Part shown: one piece after another, positions 29,802 to 40,039 of the stretch
Layout: each line of letters starts with the position of its first letter
Numbering within the stretch: the first letter of the stretch is position 1
Assembly: GCA_018812925.1 (NCBI GenBank)
Contig: JAHJCU010000004.1
Span: 244,289-308,288, forward strand
Direction: 5' to 3'
DNA from: Candidatus Omnitrophota bacterium
GTDB lineage: Bacteria > CAIJMQ01
Length of the DNA stretch: 64,000 nucleotides
Notes under the pieces: model-generated
The model's input: the letters and a program-made list of their open reading frames with translations, nothing else
Told to the model about the DNA's origin: nothing
The model's database searches: none
Program-made: the position numbers and the translations under genes

Positions 29802-30770
29802 TCAATATGGTTCTTGGGTGATAATGCCCGTTATAGACATCGGTATAGACATCGGCTGGGGTCTTTCAGGGTGGTTAACTATTACACTCCCCGTTAACCT
29901 CAAATTTTGATTAGAACGTATTACCCAACCTGTAGATTCCTGCATTTCCATAATTCCCGTCACAGAACCTGACATGTTGTACTGGATTTTCATATTACTC
30001 ATTTCCATTGGGCCTACTTCTTTATTAGTTTGAATCATTGCGAACACATCAATAACGGCTATGCCGTCTTTCCTTTCCTTCAATGTGTAAATAGAATCGA
30101 CAATCATCGGGAACCCCTGATTAATCTCAGTTTTTCTCTGCCAGGTGTCTCCAATACCAATCGGGTTATCAGGATACATATTGAATGAATTCTCTGTATT
30201 TGTTTTTAATGCTTCCTCACCATACTGCATTTTCATCTGAGTTTCCATAGCGACTCTCTCGGGTCCTTCTTCAGATAACTCATCAATTTTCTCCTCCATA
30301 CGTCTCCAAAGTGCATCTATCCCCTGAACTTCTTTTACATGTCCATCAGGAGTTATAGTTATTGTAAAACTTTGCCCCACGATAGCACCAAGAACTGGTG
30401 TCATAGGACCAACGGCAGTAGAGGTATCGGTGGAATCATACTCAACATTCCACCCAACAGTAGGATTCTCTTGTTTAAAAGAAATAGCGTCATACGTAAC
30501 TTTTATCACAAGAGTGCTGTCAGCTTGCACATCCTCCACAGTGTATATATTCTTCGCTCCTGATTTCTCTATTATTGTCATTGTTTGCTGTTGTCCCTGT
30601 TGCCCCGGGATTGTCTGTTTAATCTTCATCTCATTAAGGGTTCGCATTTTATAAGATTGTCCTTTTTCTAACCGAAGTTTTAAATCTACCTTCTCATCGG
30701 CATAGACAAAAGAAACTGCGACACTAAATGCCATCACAATAAACATTGCTAATATACGTTTAACTTTCAT
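29802..30770 (-). CDS. Secreted hypothetical protein, tandem paralogue B (signal peptide)
   Basis: See paralogue A. Confidence 0.5.
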   Translation of the reverse strand: MKVKRILAMFIVMAFSVAVSFVYADEKVDLKLRLEKGQSYKMRTLNEMKIKQTIPGQQGQQQTMTIIEKSGAKNIYTVEDVQADSTLVIKVTYDAISFKQENPTVGWNVEYDSTDTSTAVGPMTPVLGAIVGQSFTITITPDGHVKEVQGIDALWRRMEEKIDELSEEGPERVAMETQMKMQYGEEALKTNTENSFNMYPDNPIGIGDTWQRKTEINQGFPMIVDSIYTLKERKDGIAVIDVFAMIQTNKEVGPMEMSNMKIQYNMSGSVTGIMEMQESTGWVIRSNQNLRLTGSVIVNHPERPQPMSIPMSITGIITQEPY

Positions 30771-30957
30771 TAACTTTTTATCCTTTCGTATTTACGAGGG
30801 TACATTATGCCCCATCATAGTTAGAGGAATTATCCTCTTGCAAGTTTTTTTTATTATATTCAAAAAGTAAGGACTTGGCAAACTTTTTATTATCAATCCT
30901 TAAAGCAAATTGCATATTGCTCCCTAATCTGCGCTTTAGTATAATCTCATCGTAAAA

Positions 30958-31545
30958 ATGAAAAAATGGCAGCGTAATGTTTATCACTTAGGGACAGGAC
31001 TACTTTTCCCTATCGGTTATTATTTCGGAAATAAACCGGGAGCTGTAGTCACTATAGCAATTTTCTTTCTAATTCTCGTGGTTTTAGAAATATTCCGGTT
31101 TAAACATTCGGGATTTAATAAATGGGCATTTAAACATTTAAACCCTCTTTTCAAACCAAAAGAAAAATCTCATCTGGTAGGCACTACTTATTTTCTTTTG
31201 GGCACTCTTATCGCCGTAATATTTGCGCCGAAATATATAGCAATTTTATCTTTGACTTTTCTTGCCATATCCGACGTTGCGGCGGCTTTTGTAGGCGAAA
31301 GATATGGAAGGATAAAAATTTTCAATAATAAAACTCTTGAAGGCTCAATGGCTTTTTTCCTAACAGCTCTGCTTATCGGTATTGTTTTCATGCAACTGCC
31401 ATTGATGCGAACTGAAGGGCTTAATCTTCAATTGATTCTCTGGGGTAGTTTAACCGCAACTTTAGTCGAGCTTTTCTCTTATAAAGTCGACGACAATTTA
31501 AGCATTCCTGTTATTGCTTCACTGGTAATGACAATATTAGCTTAG
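30958..31545 (+). CDS. CTP-transferase family 1 membrane protein (CdsA / dolichol-kinase-like)
   Basis: Polytopic. NNKTLEGS resembles the CDS/dolichol kinase KTxEG motif. Confidence 0.45.
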   Translation: MKKWQRNVYHLGTGLLFPIGYYFGNKPGAVVTIAIFFLILVVLEIFRFKHSGFNKWAFKHLNPLFKPKEKSHLVGTTYFLLGTLIAVIFAPKYIAILSLTFLAISDVAAAFVGERYGRIKIFNNKTLEGSMAFFLTALLIGIVFMQLPLMRTEGLNLQLILWGSLTATLVELFSYKVDDNLSIPVIASLVMTILA

Positions 31546-32558
31546 ACAATTAACTCATTGCCGACTTTACGCGCGCGTTGGGGTTTATCTAAATTAACGC
31601 CGAGCGCTAAACCTATTTCAACTAAAAGATTCCAACCGGCGCATAAATAAACATACGGGTTCAGTTCACCTAAAGAAGGAACAAGTATTGTGGGGAAAGG
31701 TGTGTTTCTATTGGCGATAGCTATGACTTTGAGCCCAACACCCTTTGTTAAGACTTCCTGAAATTTTTCGATTTCCTCTTCAATCGGGTCAACGACAAAG
31801 ACGATATCATTTTTGTCCATAACCTCTTCAATTCCGTGGACGGCATAAGTGCCTTCCAAATAATCTGATTTCCTGCGGGTAATTTCGTTTGTCTTAAGGG
31901 TAAGCTCTTCTGCAACTCCGTCATTATAGCCGGCGAAATAAATAGTTGACGCTTTAGTAGCTGTTTCAACAATACTCGGGTCAATAGGCAGTGTAAGGGC
32001 TTTTTCAAGATTTGTTGCTAATTCCAAACACTTTTCTTTATTATTAACGCCTTTTATATTCCAGAGTATAGATTCATAAAACAGAGCTTGTTCAACAACA
32101 CTCTTCGTAGCGGCAACAGCATCTTCTTTTCCGCAGGAAAGAACAAATGTTTCCTTGCATTCTTTTTCTAATAGGGTGTTTTCATTAGCAGTTAAAGCGA
32201 ATCTGTTTTCATTTCCTATTTCAGCCAACTTCCTTGCAAGTAAAATAATTTCTTTGGTCCGCCCGGAATTTGACGCGCAGAACACTGCAAACTTTGATAA
32301 GTCATATCCAGCGGCTTGGCGTGAACTTTCCGTAATAATCTGAAGGTCTATCCCCGAAGTTAATGCTTTACGAATAGCATTCTTTGCTGGGAAAAGACGA
32401 CTTGAACCTTCTCCTGTTAATAGCAGCTTGCCTGCTAACTTGATTTTTTGCGCAATATCTTTGGTTTGTTCCGGATTGAAATCCTTTACGATTTCAACCG
32501 TATCCATCATTTCCCTGATAAGCGCATACTGGGAATATTTCTGTTCTTTTCTATTCAT
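31542..32558 (-). CDS. SIS-domain sugar-phosphate isomerase/aminotransferase-like protein (GlmS C-terminal-half-like)
   Basis: Two SIS-like Rossmann repeats (CASNSGRTKE). 338 aa. 27 nt downstream of the large LbH protein on the same strand. Confidence 0.55.
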   Translation of the reverse strand: MNRKEQKYSQYALIREMMDTVEIVKDFNPEQTKDIAQKIKLAGKLLLTGEGSSRLFPAKNAIRKALTSGIDLQIITESSRQAAGYDLSKFAVFCASNSGRTKEIILLARKLAEIGNENRFALTANENTLLEKECKETFVLSCGKEDAVAATKSVVEQALFYESILWNIKGVNNKEKCLELATNLEKALTLPIDPSIVETATKASTIYFAGYNDGVAEELTLKTNEITRRKSDYLEGTYAVHGIEEVMDKNDIVFVVDPIEEEIEKFQEVLTKGVGLKVIAIANRNTPFPTILVPSLGELNPYVYLCAGWNLLVEIGLALGVNLDKPQRARKVGNELIV

Positions 32559-32585
32559 TAGAGATATCTTTCATCAAAGTTAAAA

Positions 32586-34916
32586 TTAATTTCTACTTTT
32601 AATTTTTTCTACCAATTTTTCGAATTCTTTCGTCTCTTTTTGTACTTGTTTTACAAAACTGTTGTCTTCAACTTTACCAATAGCAGCTTTCATTTCGGCA
32701 TCGTTTCTATATGTTATTTTTCTGAAAGGATTATCAAAATCCTTTTTGCGGGAAATATAAACCTGACGGTTGATATCTCCTTGAATTTTCACCGCTTTAT
32801 TTAAAGCCGATGCCCACTCTTCCTTTGTAAGATTATCTGTCCCCAGAAGACTACAAAATGTTGCAAAAGCGTGTTTTTGTTTTTCGAGAGGATATTTATT
32901 CCATAGAATATTATATCTTTCATGAATTTTTTCCCAAGTCAAAAGCTTGCCTGAACCGATATCCAAACGCAGTTTATCCACATCTTTTTGAGAAGTGAGT
33001 TGTCCGCCAAGATTTACCCACTCTGTTTCACGGTTGCAACTTAATTCTTTGCACATTGATGAAAATGGTGCCTTGAGGTTTGTTTGCATATAGTCCAATA
33101 GATTTTTTACGGCATAATAATGCAGCATATCGCCATATGCATGATATGCCTGATATACCTTTAATATCACAACTTTTCGCCCAGATTTTTCCATTTGCTC
33201 GCCTAAAACCTCGAACCTGTTTATTTCTTTTTCTGTCTCTGAAAAAATTTCGCGCCCGAAATGGACAAGTTCTTTCTCGCTTCTGCCTTCAATACCCATA
33301 TTCTGCTTTCTTAAGTTTGCTTTTGCAAGCCATATTTCCAGTAACCTGCGGGCACTAAAAATTTCTTCTATTGTATCGGGGGCAAGGAAATCAAACTCAA
33401 CGTTTTGCGTTTTGTTGATTCGTTTATCGCGGTCTTGAAACTTCCGCATATTTCTTGCCAAAGCGTACATGTTATATAGCCACCAAAACGCAGGCAATAC
33501 TTCTAATTGGTCTTTTGAAGTATTGTTATTGACAAGTGAAAACGGCAACGGAATATCAAGTTCCGCAGGATAATCTGCTTTTGAAAGTAATACAAAAGAT
33601 GCAAATCTACAGGAATGTTTAATGCTTGCGCATAATCCCGGCCAAAAACCCCTTCCTGCCTGAACTTCGTTGTCATTTGCTCTGCTGTTATGGTTTGAAC
33701 CGAGCGTGGCGCCTGCGGCAATATTGCTTTGCCCCATAACTAAAGACGCTATAAGAAAAGAATTGTTGTGATGTTGTTCGTGCGCAGGGAATATAAGATT
33801 ATTTAAAACTTCACAACAGGAAATCGTTGAGTTTGGCCCAAGGAAAGAATTAATTAATCTTGCACCGTATTTAAGACTTGAATTGTTGCCCAAAATAAAC
33901 CGAACTGCTTTACAGCCATAAAAAATATGACAGCCGAAACCGATGATACCGTTCACCAACTCAACACCTTCGCCTATTTGGGTAGATTCCTCTTCGGAAG
34001 AATTAATTGTAAGATTTTTAAGTTTGTTCGCGCCTTTAATATAGCAATGTTCTCCTATTTTGACATCTTTCAAGATACGTGAATTCTTAATTACGCTTTG
34101 ATTGCCGACAGTTCCGTAAAAACCACGCCGGGAATCGAACCCTAAACCAGAACCAGTTCGATTCGGGGCAAGACTCTTTTGTGTAATTTCTTTTAGTTTT
34201 TTCTGTAATGGTGTATCATCGCGATACTTTGCCCAAAGATAAGCATCGGCGGGTATCATACCGTCAAAAGGCAGAACCTTGCGTGAACCCGCTTCATTAA
34301 TCAAATCAAGCCAAACTCTAACATCTTCCGATTCGCCTTCTTTTATAATTCCGTTGCCGAATTTCGCATGATTGGTTGTATGCATTTCATTGATGTTAAA
34401 AAGTATGGAACGCTCCTCTATAATATAATGTGCCAGATAATGGACATTGTGAATTGCCACATCATTGCCTATATCGCAAGAGATGATTACACTGTTTGTG
34501 ATGCCAACTGTCAATTGTAAATCGTGATGTTTAAGCGCGACTTGTCGAATATTTCCAATACGAACAAGCCCTATAAATTTCGTATTCTTTATTTGTTTGG
34601 GTTCAAACTTATCCGTAACAAATATTTCGCCCCAATTGTCTGTAGTATTATTATTCTTTATCAGTTCTTCAATTTCGTTTTTCTTAAGATGTCTGTATCG
34701 TGTTTTGGGGAATAATTTTCGTGCTTGATTTTTGCGAAGATAATATTCATCTTTGCCCTTAGGAAGATATTTCTTTGGAATAAAATTCCGACCGATATTT
34801 TTCGCACTTAGAATCGAAATATTGTCCATATTTCTTGCATCCCTTCTGTTTAGCTTAGAATTATAATCTTTCCCAACGAATTTTACTTCCCTCTTTAATC
34901 CCATATTGTTCGGCAA
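32586..34916 (-). CDS. Large left-handed beta-helix (hexapeptide repeat) protein, DUF4954-like. Recalled family, unverified.
   Basis: 776 aa. Central run of hexapeptide repeats (IKGANKLKNLTINSS..., IGFGCHIFYGCKAV...). N- and C-terminal regions unassigned. Confidence 0.4.
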   Translation of the reverse strand: MPNNMGLKREVKFVGKDYNSKLNRRDARNMDNISILSAKNIGRNFIPKKYLPKGKDEYYLRKNQARKLFPKTRYRHLKKNEIEELIKNNNTTDNWGEIFVTDKFEPKQIKNTKFIGLVRIGNIRQVALKHHDLQLTVGITNSVIISCDIGNDVAIHNVHYLAHYIIEERSILFNINEMHTTNHAKFGNGIIKEGESEDVRVWLDLINEAGSRKVLPFDGMIPADAYLWAKYRDDTPLQKKLKEITQKSLAPNRTGSGLGFDSRRGFYGTVGNQSVIKNSRILKDVKIGEHCYIKGANKLKNLTINSSEEESTQIGEGVELVNGIIGFGCHIFYGCKAVRFILGNNSSLKYGARLINSFLGPNSTISCCEVLNNLIFPAHEQHHNNSFLIASLVMGQSNIAAGATLGSNHNSRANDNEVQAGRGFWPGLCASIKHSCRFASFVLLSKADYPAELDIPLPFSLVNNNTSKDQLEVLPAFWWLYNMYALARNMRKFQDRDKRINKTQNVEFDFLAPDTIEEIFSARRLLEIWLAKANLRKQNMGIEGRSEKELVHFGREIFSETEKEINRFEVLGEQMEKSGRKVVILKVYQAYHAYGDMLHYYAVKNLLDYMQTNLKAPFSSMCKELSCNRETEWVNLGGQLTSQKDVDKLRLDIGSGKLLTWEKIHERYNILWNKYPLEKQKHAFATFCSLLGTDNLTKEEWASALNKAVKIQGDINRQVYISRKKDFDNPFRKITYRNDAEMKAAIGKVEDNSFVKQVQKETKEFEKLVEKIKSRN

Positions 34917-35343
34917 AACCAGCTTTCACCTCAACAACATATTTTGCAGAACCTTTTGAGCTATAGAGCTGGTCGGACATAGGTATAGTTTGTTTTGCGA
35001 TATTTACTATACTATAATCTTCATCCACAAAAACCATATCAAGTGAGGTCGGTGTATTTCTCATCCAGAAATTCCGCGGTTTAACATCCTTAAATATAAA
35101 TAACATTCCGCCTGAGAAATCCGGCAACTCTCTATTCATTAGCCCCATTCTTCTACTCTGGGGAGTGTCTGCAATTTCAATATTGATGGAAACAATTACA
35201 GAACTATCATCTCGCATAAAATCCAATCTGCCGTCTTTACGAATAGTATCTATTGGAGTAGCTTCTAAAGACGCATAACTTGTTAGAAGAAACAACACCA
35301 ACACTAACGAAGAAAAATATTTAAACAAAAATTGTCCTTTCAC
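34861..35343 (-). CDS. DUF192 (COG1430) domain protein, secreted
   Basis: Signal peptide. GGMLFIF...MRNTPTSLDMVFVDEDYSIVNI matches DUF192. Confidence 0.65.
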   Translation of the reverse strand: MKGQFLFKYFSSLVLVLFLLTSYASLEATPIDTIRKDGRLDFMRDDSSVIVSINIEIADTPQSRRMGLMNRELPDFSGGMLFIFKDVKPRNFWMRNTPTSLDMVFVDEDYSIVNIAKQTIPMSDQLYSSKGSAKYVVEVKAGFAEQYGIKEGSKIRWERL

Positions 35344-36530
35344 TTGTTCTGTTTCCCGGAAACTTTATAACCCAAGGCTTCTCTCATCACATAATAAAGG
35401 TCTGTATTATCAATCGCTCTACCCAATTTGTAACTTCCGGGACCCTGGCTCCACACAATGGTATCTTGAGCAGTATGGCCTTTACTAGTCCAACCCGCCT
35501 CTACAAATTCCCCGGCTTTGGCAAGACGACCATAAGGACCATTTACAGCAAAACCTCCGCAGTCATGGTCAGCTACAATAATTAATAATGTTTCCGACTT
35601 CCTCCTGGAAGATGCGTTAATCCAATCCAATGCCACCTTTACCGCTTCATCAAAAGCCAGAGTTTCAGTGATTTGATACTCTAAATCATTACCGTGATTA
35701 GCCCAGTCAACTTGAGAACCTTCCACCATCAGAAAGAAACCATTTCTGTTTTTCTCCAATAGAGCTAACGCCGCTTTAGTCATTTCAGGCAACCTCGGTT
35801 CTTCCGTGTCAACGGGACGGTCCTTTTCGGGAGTTAACGCATCATCGGCAAAAAGCCCAAGCAGTTTTTTAGCGCCGCGGCCTACGGCTTCTTCCATCTG
35901 CGACTTCGTATAGACTACAGCATACCCTTTCTCTTCCGCCATCTTAATAAAATCACCGGAAACACCGCATTTATCGGGCGTATCAGGATTGAATTTTTTC
36001 CTGCCGCCGCCAAACATCACATCAACTCCGGTTGCTTCAATGTATTGCCGCGCTATTTCAGTTTCACAAGAACGGGAATTAACGTGCGCCCCCCATACCG
36101 CAGGAGTAGCGTGAGTTATTGTAGAAGTAGCCACCAAGCCTGTGGCTTTACCTTTATACTTTGCTAATTCTAAGATAGTAGGATTATACGAACCATCTTC
36201 AGAATGATAGCCAATCTCATCATTATTGAATTTTTCACCGCAAGCCCAAGCAGAAGCCGCAGCAGCAGAATCAGTCACGGTGCTATTGGCAGAATGGGTT
36301 CGTTGATAACCGATATTCGGCAATGTTTCAAAATAAAGAGGGGCTCCGTTGGGCCCGTTTTTATAAATACGGGCGGCAGTCACATCAGACAGCCCCATCC
36401 CGTCCGGGATCATAATGATGATATTTTTAGCTCTATGGCTAATATAATCATTCGTCTGCGCAGAAGATAGTAATGGTATAAAACTTATACATATTAATAA
36501 GATGACGATTCTTTTAAATAACTTTTGCAT
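35340..36530 (-). CDS. Alkaline phosphatase (PhoA family), secreted
   Basis: Signal peptide. Active-site VTDSAAAASAWACGEK (DSA Ser). Metal-ligand HATPA, DHD. Confidence 0.8.
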   Translation of the reverse strand: MQKLFKRIVILLICISFIPLLSSAQTNDYISHRAKNIIIMIPDGMGLSDVTAARIYKNGPNGAPLYFETLPNIGYQRTHSANSTVTDSAAAASAWACGEKFNNDEIGYHSEDGSYNPTILELAKYKGKATGLVATSTITHATPAVWGAHVNSRSCETEIARQYIEATGVDVMFGGGRKKFNPDTPDKCGVSGDFIKMAEEKGYAVVYTKSQMEEAVGRGAKKLLGLFADDALTPEKDRPVDTEEPRLPEMTKAALALLEKNRNGFFLMVEGSQVDWANHGNDLEYQITETLAFDEAVKVALDWINASSRRKSETLLIIVADHDCGGFAVNGPYGRLAKAGEFVEAGWTSKGHTAQDTIVWSQGPGSYKLGRAIDNTDLYYVMREALGYKVSGKQNK

Positions 36531-36574
36531 TTTTTATAAACCTCTAACCTAAATTATTTTCAACCTAATTATTC

Positions 36575-37543
36575 TTACTTGAACATCTCAATATCCGCGC
36601 CGACTAATTCGCCGGCAACATCTTCCATCGTTATGATACCGGCACAACTACCCTTATGTCCCATAACAAATAATAGATGCTGTTTGTTTTGAATCATTGT
36701 AGTAAGAGCAACCATAAGATTATCGGACGACTGCACGCGAAGCATTGGCTTCGCCTGACTTATAATTTGCTCCAAGTCACTGGTAATAGTCGGCAGAACG
36801 CCTTTCATATTCACATATCCGTAAATACCCTGAATATCATCGGTATTGCTTATCGGATAACGCGTATGTTTAAAAGTATTTGCCAATTCAATAACATCTT
36901 CAATTCTATCGCTCTTTTTAATAAACTTGACCTTATCGCAGGCAATCATTGCTTTTTCGATAGTCGTATGACTTAATCGAATTGTATTCGCAATTATATT
37001 TTCCTGCTGCAGACCTATCACCTTGCCGGCACGCGCCATTGAAGCAAAAGTTACAATGTCTGCGGTTGTAATTTGTTCGTGTTCTCTGTCTCGCCCTATT
37101 CGGCTAAACATCATTTCACTTAAACGAACAACGGGATGAAGCGTTTTAGTTATTATTTCCAACGGTTTAGCCAAATACGGCGCCAATCTATCGCGGAACC
37201 TTACACCGATAATTTTGGGCAGTATTTCCGTTCCTAATAGGATAACTAATGTGAAAACTGCGGAAAAAATCCATATTGCGTTTTTTCCGTATAACTCGAC
37301 AAAAGCAGCGCCAGCCACAGTTGCGCCGCCAGTATGAGCAATTGTGTTTAATATCAATATTGCCGCTATCGGACGGGCAATGGTTTTCTTCATCCTTATC
37401 CAAGAATCTGCAACTTTCGGCCTATTGTGCTTCATCCTATTCATAGTAAGAGGATTAAGACTAAGTAATATGGCTTCAGCAAGCGAACATAGGAATGAGA
37501 CGACAACAGCAATAACAACACTAACAATGAATTTGGTAAACAT
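36575..37543 (-). CDS. CNNM/TlyC-family transporter-associated protein (DUF21 + CBS pair)
   Basis: N-terminal 4-TM DUF21, then tandem CBS domains. Confidence 0.7.
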   Translation of the reverse strand: MFTKFIVSVVIAVVVSFLCSLAEAILLSLNPLTMNRMKHNRPKVADSWIRMKKTIARPIAAILILNTIAHTGGATVAGAAFVELYGKNAIWIFSAVFTLVILLGTEILPKIIGVRFRDRLAPYLAKPLEIITKTLHPVVRLSEMMFSRIGRDREHEQITTADIVTFASMARAGKVIGLQQENIIANTIRLSHTTIEKAMIACDKVKFIKKSDRIEDVIELANTFKHTRYPISNTDDIQGIYGYVNMKGVLPTITSDLEQIISQAKPMLRVQSSDNLMVALTTMIQNKQHLLFVMGHKGSCAGIITMEDVAGELVGADIEMFK

Positions 37544-37641
37544 AGTTTTCCTCGTTTATATCTAATTATACAGAAAAACAAATGAAAAGAAATCTGTCTG
37601 CCCCCACATTTTCGCAAAGGCAAAACTATGGGGAGATGAGT

Positions 37642-37884
37642 CTATCTGATAATACTTAACACAATATAAGGAACAAGATTGCACGCAAATATAAACATCT
37701 TAAAAATAGCTATACCCGCGTAATGAATAGAATCAAACTTTTCCACAGACATCTTGAACCATTTACTATGCATTCTGTAAATAAAATCATGCATTAACAT
37801 AAAAGCCAGAAACCACCACAAAAGAAGCCCCATATTAATTACAAAACACCACCCAAACGCCTGACGTATAGCATCAATCGTCAT
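37642..37884 (-). CDS. Small membrane protein (80 aa, 2 TM)
   Basis: ORF bounded by the family B repeat upstream. Hydrophobic segments. Confidence 0.35.
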   Translation of the reverse strand: MTIDAIRQAFGWCFVINMGLLLWWFLAFMLMHDFIYRMHSKWFKMSVEKFDSIHYAGIAIFKMFIFACNLVPYIVLSIIR

Positions 37885-37904
37885 ATTACACCTCCTTAAA
37901 TTGG

Positions 37905-38097
37905 AACGTAGTTCCGATTTATCCCGCAGAGTATCGGAAAAATATCCCTTCTGGAAATTTTTCCGATGTCTTACGTCGCGGGATCCATCAACGTTTTAAT
38001 TACCCCCGCGGTTAGTTTTGCGAACACAGTGAGCAAAACTACGCCTGTCCCCGCGTCCAGATTTGCTTTGACAAATCTGCGGGGAGGGGTGTCATTA
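37905..38097. repeat. Family B composite hairpin element (three consecutive stem-loops; ends ggggaggggtgtcattac)
   Basis: atcggaaaaat...atttttccgat stem (also at 58948-59010). ttagttttgcgaacacagtgagcaaaacta stem. cagatttg...caaatctg stem. Confidence 0.7.
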
Positions 38098-38301
38098 CTT
38101 ATCCTTTTCATACTTTTCCACAATCTTTACTAGAATTGAACATATGCAATAAATAGACATGCAGATAAGCCCCGTACAAATTGCCATTAATCCGTGTAAC
38201 TTTGTTTGAGGATTAACTAGAATAATCAATCCGCAAACAATAAGAACCGCACCAAAAACCCATGGACAACCAACATATACCAACTTTTCCAATTTTGTCA
38301 T
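38095..38301 (-). CDS. Small membrane protein (68 aa)
   Basis: Two TM helices. Last gene of a same-strand string with the beta-lactamase-like and deaminase genes. Confidence 0.4.
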   Translation of the reverse strand: MTKLEKLVYVGCPWVFGAVLIVCGLIILVNPQTKLHGLMAICTGLICMSIYCICSILVKIVEKYEKDK

Positions 38302-38349
38302 CTCATTTCCCTCCTTTTAATTTTCAATTATACAAAAACCAAATCTGTT

Positions 38350-39567
38350 TCAACCCCCGCCTTTTCCATCTTTTTCCTTCTCTGAAAATAAAAGGCTTGG
38401 ATTATAGTTCGCATTACGCAGTGCTTCAACGAGTAACATATTGATTTCGCCGCCGGCTTTACTAGCTTCATCTCCGCCGATATTCATCATGACACAGGTT
38501 GCATAGTTCTGTTCAGGGACAATATGTACAATCGCATAACCACGAGATTGACTCTGCCCAGAATGCCAATAAACCGGACCTTTTGCCCAGTTTGTAGGCT
38601 GCACACGCCATCCTCCTGTTGTATAAAGCTTTCTTTTGCCCTTACCTATCTCAACCACTGTATAAAATTCCCTGAGCGTCTTTTGTGTGATTGGTAAACC
38701 TTCAGACTGCTTTGCTTGTGTTCCAAGCAGATGAAACGCGGCAAAGCGTCCAAGGTCAATTACAGAACAATGTATGCCTCCAACCGGACTTCGACAATAA
38801 ACAGAGTCCCCCGTTGGTGATAGGGGTGTGATTTTACCGTTGCGGAGTTGGTGATACCATGGAGCATCGATTAAATCTGGCGGTGTTGCCATCGGACCAA
38901 AACCAGCAGTATTCATCTTCAGCTTTTGGAATATAAGTTCATTGACAAAACTTTCCCACAATTTTCCAGTTAATCTCTCCTCCATACTTGCAACTATGAT
39001 TCCACCACCGCTATATATATAGGCACTACCCGGAATTGCTTCTTGTTTATCAGACAATGCCGCGGAAACATAAGCAACTCTCTGTTCCATAACGGTAGTT
39101 CCCCCTGCGTCTATATCTGCCTCTTTCATTGTGGGCTGATACGGAAGTCCGCTCGTATGACTTAGAAGCTGCCTAACCGTAACGTAGTGATAAAGGCTTT
39201 GATGACCAGGAAACATCTCAGGAAAAATCTGTCCTATTGTCGTATCCCAATCTAACTTATTTTGATCCTTCAAAATCGCGGTTAACGTTCCCGTTATCGG
39301 CTTTGTAATTGAACCTAACTCAAATGCATCATTACGCGTTACTGGAATATCTTCGCCCCATTTGCGAAGTCCAACCGCTGAGGCAACAACAACACGGTCT
39401 CCAATAACAATAGCAGCTGCTACAGCAGGTAACTTTCTCTTAATCCGTATCTCTTCAAGTTTCTTACGCAACAATGTGGGGTCTCTAATTAAAATCTCCC
39501 CACTAAAACAGGAGACAGTTATAAAGAAAATAACAAGGCAGAACAAAGAAAAACAAATCCGTTTCAT
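38350..39567 (-). CDS. Beta-lactamase-family serine hydrolase (AmpH/PBP4*-like), lipoprotein signal
   Basis: SITK (SxxK) active-site motif. Lipobox-like ITVSC. About 400 aa. Confidence 0.75.
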   Translation of the reverse strand: MKRICFSLFCLVIFFITVSCFSGEILIRDPTLLRKKLEEIRIKRKLPAVAAAIVIGDRVVVASAVGLRKWGEDIPVTRNDAFELGSITKPITGTLTAILKDQNKLDWDTTIGQIFPEMFPGHQSLYHYVTVRQLLSHTSGLPYQPTMKEADIDAGGTTVMEQRVAYVSAALSDKQEAIPGSAYIYSGGGIIVASMEERLTGKLWESFVNELIFQKLKMNTAGFGPMATPPDLIDAPWYHQLRNGKITPLSPTGDSVYCRSPVGGIHCSVIDLGRFAAFHLLGTQAKQSEGLPITQKTLREFYTVVEIGKGKRKLYTTGGWRVQPTNWAKGPVYWHSGQSQSRGYAIVHIVPEQNYATCVMMNIGGDEASKAGGEINMLLVEALRNANYNPSLLFSEKEKDGKGGG

Positions 39568-39594
39568 TTTAAGACCCTGACTCTTTTTTGCAAC

Positions 39595-40035
39595 TTAAAC
39601 TCCTATATCCTCGCTCCAAAGCTTTGGATTTTCGCTGATAAACTTTCGCATCATTGTTATGCATGTTTCATCCTGTAACACTTCCACATCTACACCTTTT
39701 GACTTGAGATATTCTTCCTCTCCCATAAACGTCTTGTTCTCGCCGATAACAACCCGCTTGATACCATACAATATTATGGCGCCCGAACACATAGGGCACG
39801 GTGAAAGCGTAGTATATAAAACGCATTCTTTATACACTGATGCCGGCCGGCGCTTCGCGTTTTCCAGAGCATCCATCTCAGCGTGCAAAATAACGCTTCC
39901 TTTCTGCACGCGCCTGTTGTGCCCCCGGCCGATTATCTTTCCACTATAAACAATAACAGCGCCTATGGGTATGCCTCCCTCACTTAAACCTTTTTTAGCT
40001 TCTTCTATAGCCGCCTTCATAAATTCATTTATCAT
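39595..40035 (-). CDS. Zinc-dependent cytosine deaminase, yeast Fcy1-like (CMP/dCMP deaminase fold)
   Basis: HAEMDALENA and LYTTLSPCPMCSGAIILYGIKRVVIGEN plus C-terminal ...ENPKLWSEDIG parallel yeast Fcy1 (HGEISTLEN, TTLSPCDMCTGAIIMYGIPRCVVGEN, ...RPQDWFEDIGE) as recalled. Confidence 0.7.
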   Translation of the reverse strand: MINEFMKAAIEEAKKGLSEGGIPIGAVIVYSGKIIGRGHNRRVQKGSVILHAEMDALENAKRRPASVYKECVLYTTLSPCPMCSGAIILYGIKRVVIGENKTFMGEEEYLKSKGVDVEVLQDETCITMMRKFISENPKLWSEDIGV

Positions 40036-40039
40036 AATT

